Assembly: GCA_015665415.1 (NCBI GenBank)
Contig: JADFAE010000012.1
Span: 56,584-120,583, forward strand
Length of the DNA stretch: 64,000 nucleotides
Source: Roseobacter sp.
GTDB lineage: Bacteria; Pseudomonadota; Alphaproteobacteria; Rhodobacterales; Rhodobacteraceae
Direction: 5' to 3'
The position numbers and the translations under genes are program-made. Below, in pieces: positions 60,985 to 64,000 of this stretch. Positions within the stretch are counted from its first letter, which is position 1. Every line of letters starts with the position of its first letter. The notes beneath the pieces are model-generated. The model made no database searches, had not been told where the DNA came from, and saw nothing but the letters and a program-made list of their open reading frames with translations.

Positions 60985-62553
60985 ATGAGCCAGACATCCC
61001 ATGACCGCCTTCTTATCATAGACTTTGGCAGCCAGGTTACGCAGCTTATTGCGCGCCGCCTGCGTGAGCTGAACGTCTATTGCGAAATTCACCCCTACCA
61101 GAACGTTACGATGGACTTCGTGCGCGACATGGCCCCCAAGGCCGTGATCTTTTCTGGTGGCCCGGACAGCGTCACCCGCGAGGGCAGTCCGCGTGTTCCC
61201 CAAGAGATCTTTGACTATGGGGTGCCAATCCTCGGCATCTGCTACGGTCAGCAGGTGATGATGCATCAGTTGGGCGGCAAGGTCGAAAGCGGCCATGGCA
61301 CCGCCGAATTTGGTCGCGCCTATGTCAAGCCTTCGGTTGCCTCTCTGGATCTGCTTTCCGGGTGGTTCCTGGACGATGAAGACCGCGAACAGGTCTGGAT
61401 GAGCCACGGCGACCACGTGAGCGAAATCGCTCCGGGCTTTGAGGTCTATGGCACTTCGCCAAACGCCCCTTATGCCATCACCGCCGATGTCTCGCGCAAT
61501 TTCTATGCGGTGCAGTTTCACCCCGAGGTGCATCACACCCCCAATGGTGCCAAGCTTTATGAGAACTTTGTGCGTCTGGCAGGCTTCAGCGGCGACTGGA
61601 CCATGGGTCTGTACCGCGAGCAGGCGATTGCCGCCATCCGCGAGCAGGTCGGCGACAAACAGGTGATCTGCGGGTTGTCCGGCGGCGTTGACAGCTCTGT
61701 CACCGCCGTGCTTCTGCACGAAGCCATTGGCGATCAGCTGACTTGCGTCTTTGTCGATCACGGTCTGCTGCGCAAGGGTGAGGCCGAAGAGGTCGTCACC
61801 ATGTTCCGCGACAACTACAATATGCAGTTCATCCACGCCGATGAACAGGACCTGTTCCTGGGCGAGCTGGAAGGCCAGTCTGACCCGGAGACCAAGCGCA
61901 AGATCATCGGCAAGCTGTTCATTGATGTGTTCCAGAAACACGCCAATACGATTGACGGTGCCGAATTCCTGGCTCAGGGCACGCTCTATCCGGATGTCAT
62001 TGAATCCGTCAGCTTCTCGGGCGGCCCTTCGGTCACCATCAAGAGCCACCACAATGTTGGCGGGTTGCCCGAAAAGATGGGTCTCAAACTGGTTGAACCT
62101 CTGCGTGAGCTGTTCAAGGACGAGGTGCGCGCGCTGGGTCGCGAGCTGGGTCTGCCCGCCAGCTTTATCGGCCGTCACCCCTTCCCCGGTCCCGGTCTGG
62201 CCATTCGCTGCCCCGGCGAAATCACCCGCGAGAAGCTCGACATCCTGCGCGAAGCCGATGCGGTCTATATCGATCAGATCCGCAAACATGGTCTCTATGA
62301 TGAGATCTGGCAGGCCTTTGTTGCTATCCTTCCGGTGCGTACCGTTGGGGTGATGGGCGATGGCCGTACCTATGATTTTGCCTGTGCGCTGCGTGCGGTG
62401 ACCTCCGTTGATGGCATGACTGCGGATTACTATCCTTTCAGCCATGAGTTCCTGGGCGAAACCGCCACCCGGATCATCAACGAGGTCAAGGGCATCAACC
62501 GCTGCACCTATGACATCACCTCAAAGCCTCCGGGCACCATCGAGTGGGAATAA
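60985..62553 (+). CDS. guaA: GMP synthase (glutamine-hydrolysing)
   Basis: [45 protein letters not shown]. Confidence 0.98.
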   Translation: MSQTSHDRLLIIDFGSQVTQLIARRLRELNVYCEIHPYQNVTMDFVRDMAPKAVIFSGGPDSVTREGSPRVPQEIFDYGVPILGICYGQQVMMHQLGGKVESGHGTAEFGRAYVKPSVASLDLLSGWFLDDEDREQVWMSHGDHVSEIAPGFEVYGTSPNAPYAITADVSRNFYAVQFHPEVHHTPNGAKLYENFVRLAGFSGDWTMGLYREQAIAAIREQVGDKQVICGLSGGVDSSVTAVLLHEAIGDQLTCVFVDHGLLRKGEAEEVVTMFRDNYNMQFIHADEQDLFLGELEGQSDPETKRKIIGKLFIDVFQKHANTIDGAEFLAQGTLYPDVIESVSFSGGPSVTIKSHHNVGGLPEKMGLKLVEPLRELFKDEVRALGRELGLPASFIGRHPFPGPGLAIRCPGEITREKLDILREADAVYIDQIRKHGLYDEIWQAFVAILPVRTVGVMGDGRTYDFACALRAVTSVDGMTADYYPFSHEFLGETATRIINEVKGINRCTYDITSKPPGTIEWE

Positions 62554-62565
62554 GCTGATATTCAG

Positions 62566-62595
62566 AAGGCCGGATAGATCCTATCCGGCCTTTTG
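62566..62595 (+). terminator. Terminator after guaA
   Basis: Perfect 12-bp stem AAGGCCGGATAG-ATC-CTATCCGGCCTT plus T-tract. Confidence 0.9.
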
Positions 62596-62674
62596 TTTTG
62601 CCCTGGGAACTTCCCGCAACTGAAACGCCAGTTTCCACTTGACCTCTGCCCTGGTTCGGCATGTTCTCCTGGCG

Positions 62675-63577
62675 ATGCAGGGGGGACTTTTTTTGCCAAG
62701 GGAAGACAATCAAATCACGCGCGCGGCTCTTTGGATGCTGGGTGCGATTGCCTCCTTTTCCGCCATGGCCATCGCCGGTCGGGAGGTCAGTTCAGAGCTC
62801 GATACCTTTGAGATTATGGCTTACCGCAGTCTGGTTGGCGTGCTCATTGTCACCGCTGTTGTGACGCTCACTGGTCGATGGTCCGAGGTGACGACCACCC
62901 GTGTCGGCTTTCACCTGATGCGGAACCTGGCGCATTTCACCGGCCAAAACCTTTGGTTCTTTGCGGTGACCTTGATCCCCTTGGCGCAGGTCTTTGCGCT
63001 GGAGTTCACCTCGCCACTTTGGGTTATCGTGCTGGCACCGCTGCTGATGGGGGAGCGGCTCACCCGGGTGCGTCTGGTCTCTGCGATCATCGGGTTTATC
63101 GGCATTCTCATCGTCGCGCGCCCCTCGCCCGAGAGCCTGAATGCCGGCGTTCTGGCAGCCGCAAGCTGTGCCATTTTCTTTGCTCTCACCGCGCTGTTCA
63201 CCAAGCGTCTGACCCGACATGAAGGCATTGTTTCGATCCTGTTCTGGCTGACCTCGATGCAGCTGGTCATGGGGTTGGTCATGGCCGGTTGGGACCAGGA
63301 TATGGTGCTGCCCGGCCCAGAGATCTTGCCCTGGATTATCCTGATCGGATTGGCGGGTTTGACAGCGCATTTCTGCCTGACGACTGCGCTCTCCCTGGCA
63401 CCGGCTACCGTTGTGGTTCCAATTGATTTTGCCCGCCTGCCCCTGATCGCTGTTTTGGGAATGCTTATATATGATGAGCAAACCGACATTTGGGTTTTCT
63501 TTGGCGCAGCGGTCATTTGCATCGCAAACTATCTGAATTTGCGATCCTCCGCCCAGGGGAACCGCTCGAAAAAGTGA
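62675..63577 (+). CDS. DMT/EamA family transporter (start approximate)
   Basis: Two EamA repeats, FTSPLW..L.PLLMGE, P.DFARLP; about 10 TM helices. Confidence 0.88.
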   Translation: MQGGLFLPREDNQITRAALWMLGAIASFSAMAIAGREVSSELDTFEIMAYRSLVGVLIVTAVVTLTGRWSEVTTTRVGFHLMRNLAHFTGQNLWFFAVTLIPLAQVFALEFTSPLWVIVLAPLLMGERLTRVRLVSAIIGFIGILIVARPSPESLNAGVLAAASCAIFFALTALFTKRLTRHEGIVSILFWLTSMQLVMGLVMAGWDQDMVLPGPEILPWIILIGLAGLTAHFCLTTALSLAPATVVVPIDFARLPLIAVLGMLIYDEQTDIWVFFGAAVICIANYLNLRSSAQGNRSKK

Positions 63578-63645
63578 GCGGAAATCGCACTTAGCTTCCC
63601 CCTAGTTAACATTGATTTCGTTTAACCCCCTTGTTTACCGTGATT

Positions 63646-63670
63646 TCAAGAGGTCAAAAATGACCCTTGA
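63646..63670. promoter_or_regulatory. Inverted repeat (operator candidate) upstream of the FadL-like gene
   Basis: TCAAGAGGTCA-AAAA-TGACCCTTGA (GGTCA-N4-TGACC core), ending 16 nt before the ATG. Confidence 0.45.
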
Positions 63671-63685
63671 TTTTGGGAGGAACGA

Positions 63686-64000
63686 ATGAAGACACAATAT
63701 GCTGCGCCCTTGGCGCTGGCACTATTGTCGAGCGCTGCTCATGCGGGTGGGCTCGACCGAACCGGACAAAGCATCGATATACTTTTCGAAAAGGGAAATT
63801 ACGCGGAATTCTCTATTGGCAGAGCTGACCCCAGTGTGTCAGGCACGGATCTCTCCGTTTTCAACCCGGCGCAGACCCCGAGCGGCAATGTCGCTCAGGC
63901 CTTCAACCAAGAAGCTGCGGGGCTGAAAATCGACATCAACGAGCGTCTCTCCTTTGCCTTGATCTATGACCAGCCCTGGGGCTCTGATGTCAGCTATGCC
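63686..64000 (+). CDS. OmpP1/FadL-like outer membrane transporter, N-terminal part (absent from the ORF track, runs off the window)
   Basis: GGGAGG RBS; MKTQYAAPLALALLSSAAHA signal peptide, then GGLDRTGQSIDILFEKGNYAE...ALIYDQPWGSDVSYA. Confidence 0.75.
   Translation, partial: MKTQYAAPLALALLSSAAHAGGLDRTGQSIDILFEKGNYAEFSIGRADPSVSGTDLSVFNPAQTPSGNVAQAFNQEAAGLKIDINERLSFALIYDQPWGSDVSYA

Noticed and set aside
63606-63626. TTAAC...TTAAC as a CtrA box upstream of the FadL-like gene
   Set aside because: The spacer is 12 nt rather than 7.
1-64000. CRISPR arrays, tRNA/rRNA genes, IS elements, prophage, defence or toxin-antitoxin modules
   Set aside because: No regularly spaced repeats, cloverleafs, or transposase, integrase or phage motifs were seen; ratA has no antitoxin partner here and is treated as a Coq10/START protein.

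Overview
This is a GC-rich alphaproteobacterial chromosomal window. Gene content and order point to the Roseobacter group of Rhodobacterales (inference). It is almost all intact core and housekeeping genes: gyrA, ctaA, trmJ, psuK-psuG, bdhA, mfd, hemB, the dusB(nifR3)-ntrB-ntrC-ntrY-ntrX / trkA-trkH / hfq-hflX block, ispDF-pgpA-cinA, a solitary amtB, ratA, hpt, lipA, a peroxiredoxin, oxyR, a trimethylamine-methyltransferase-family gene and guaA. I found no tRNA, rRNA, CRISPR array, prophage, integrase or transposase. The most interesting signals are non-coding or contextual. (1) An unannotated ~76-nt minus-strand transcription unit at 14506-14581 has a near-consensus sigma70 promoter, two hairpins and a U8 terminator; it is a strong small-RNA candidate, next to a second structured block upstream of bdhA. 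(2) A gene-transfer-agent master-regulator locus (gafA-like plus its DUF6477 partner) lies between lipA and guaA, flanked by oxyR/peroxiredoxin and a low-GC diguanylate cyclase. (3) A full OxyR box has no divergent target gene and faces the 3' end of gafA. (4) Four NtrC-type TGC-N11-GCA boxes, three of them at exact 33-bp spacing, accompany an NtrC that lacks GAFTGA. (5) A terminator overlaps both a predicted promoter and the Shine-Dalgarno of a His/Cys-rich TPR-like gene. All family assignments come from motif recognition by eye; no database search was run.
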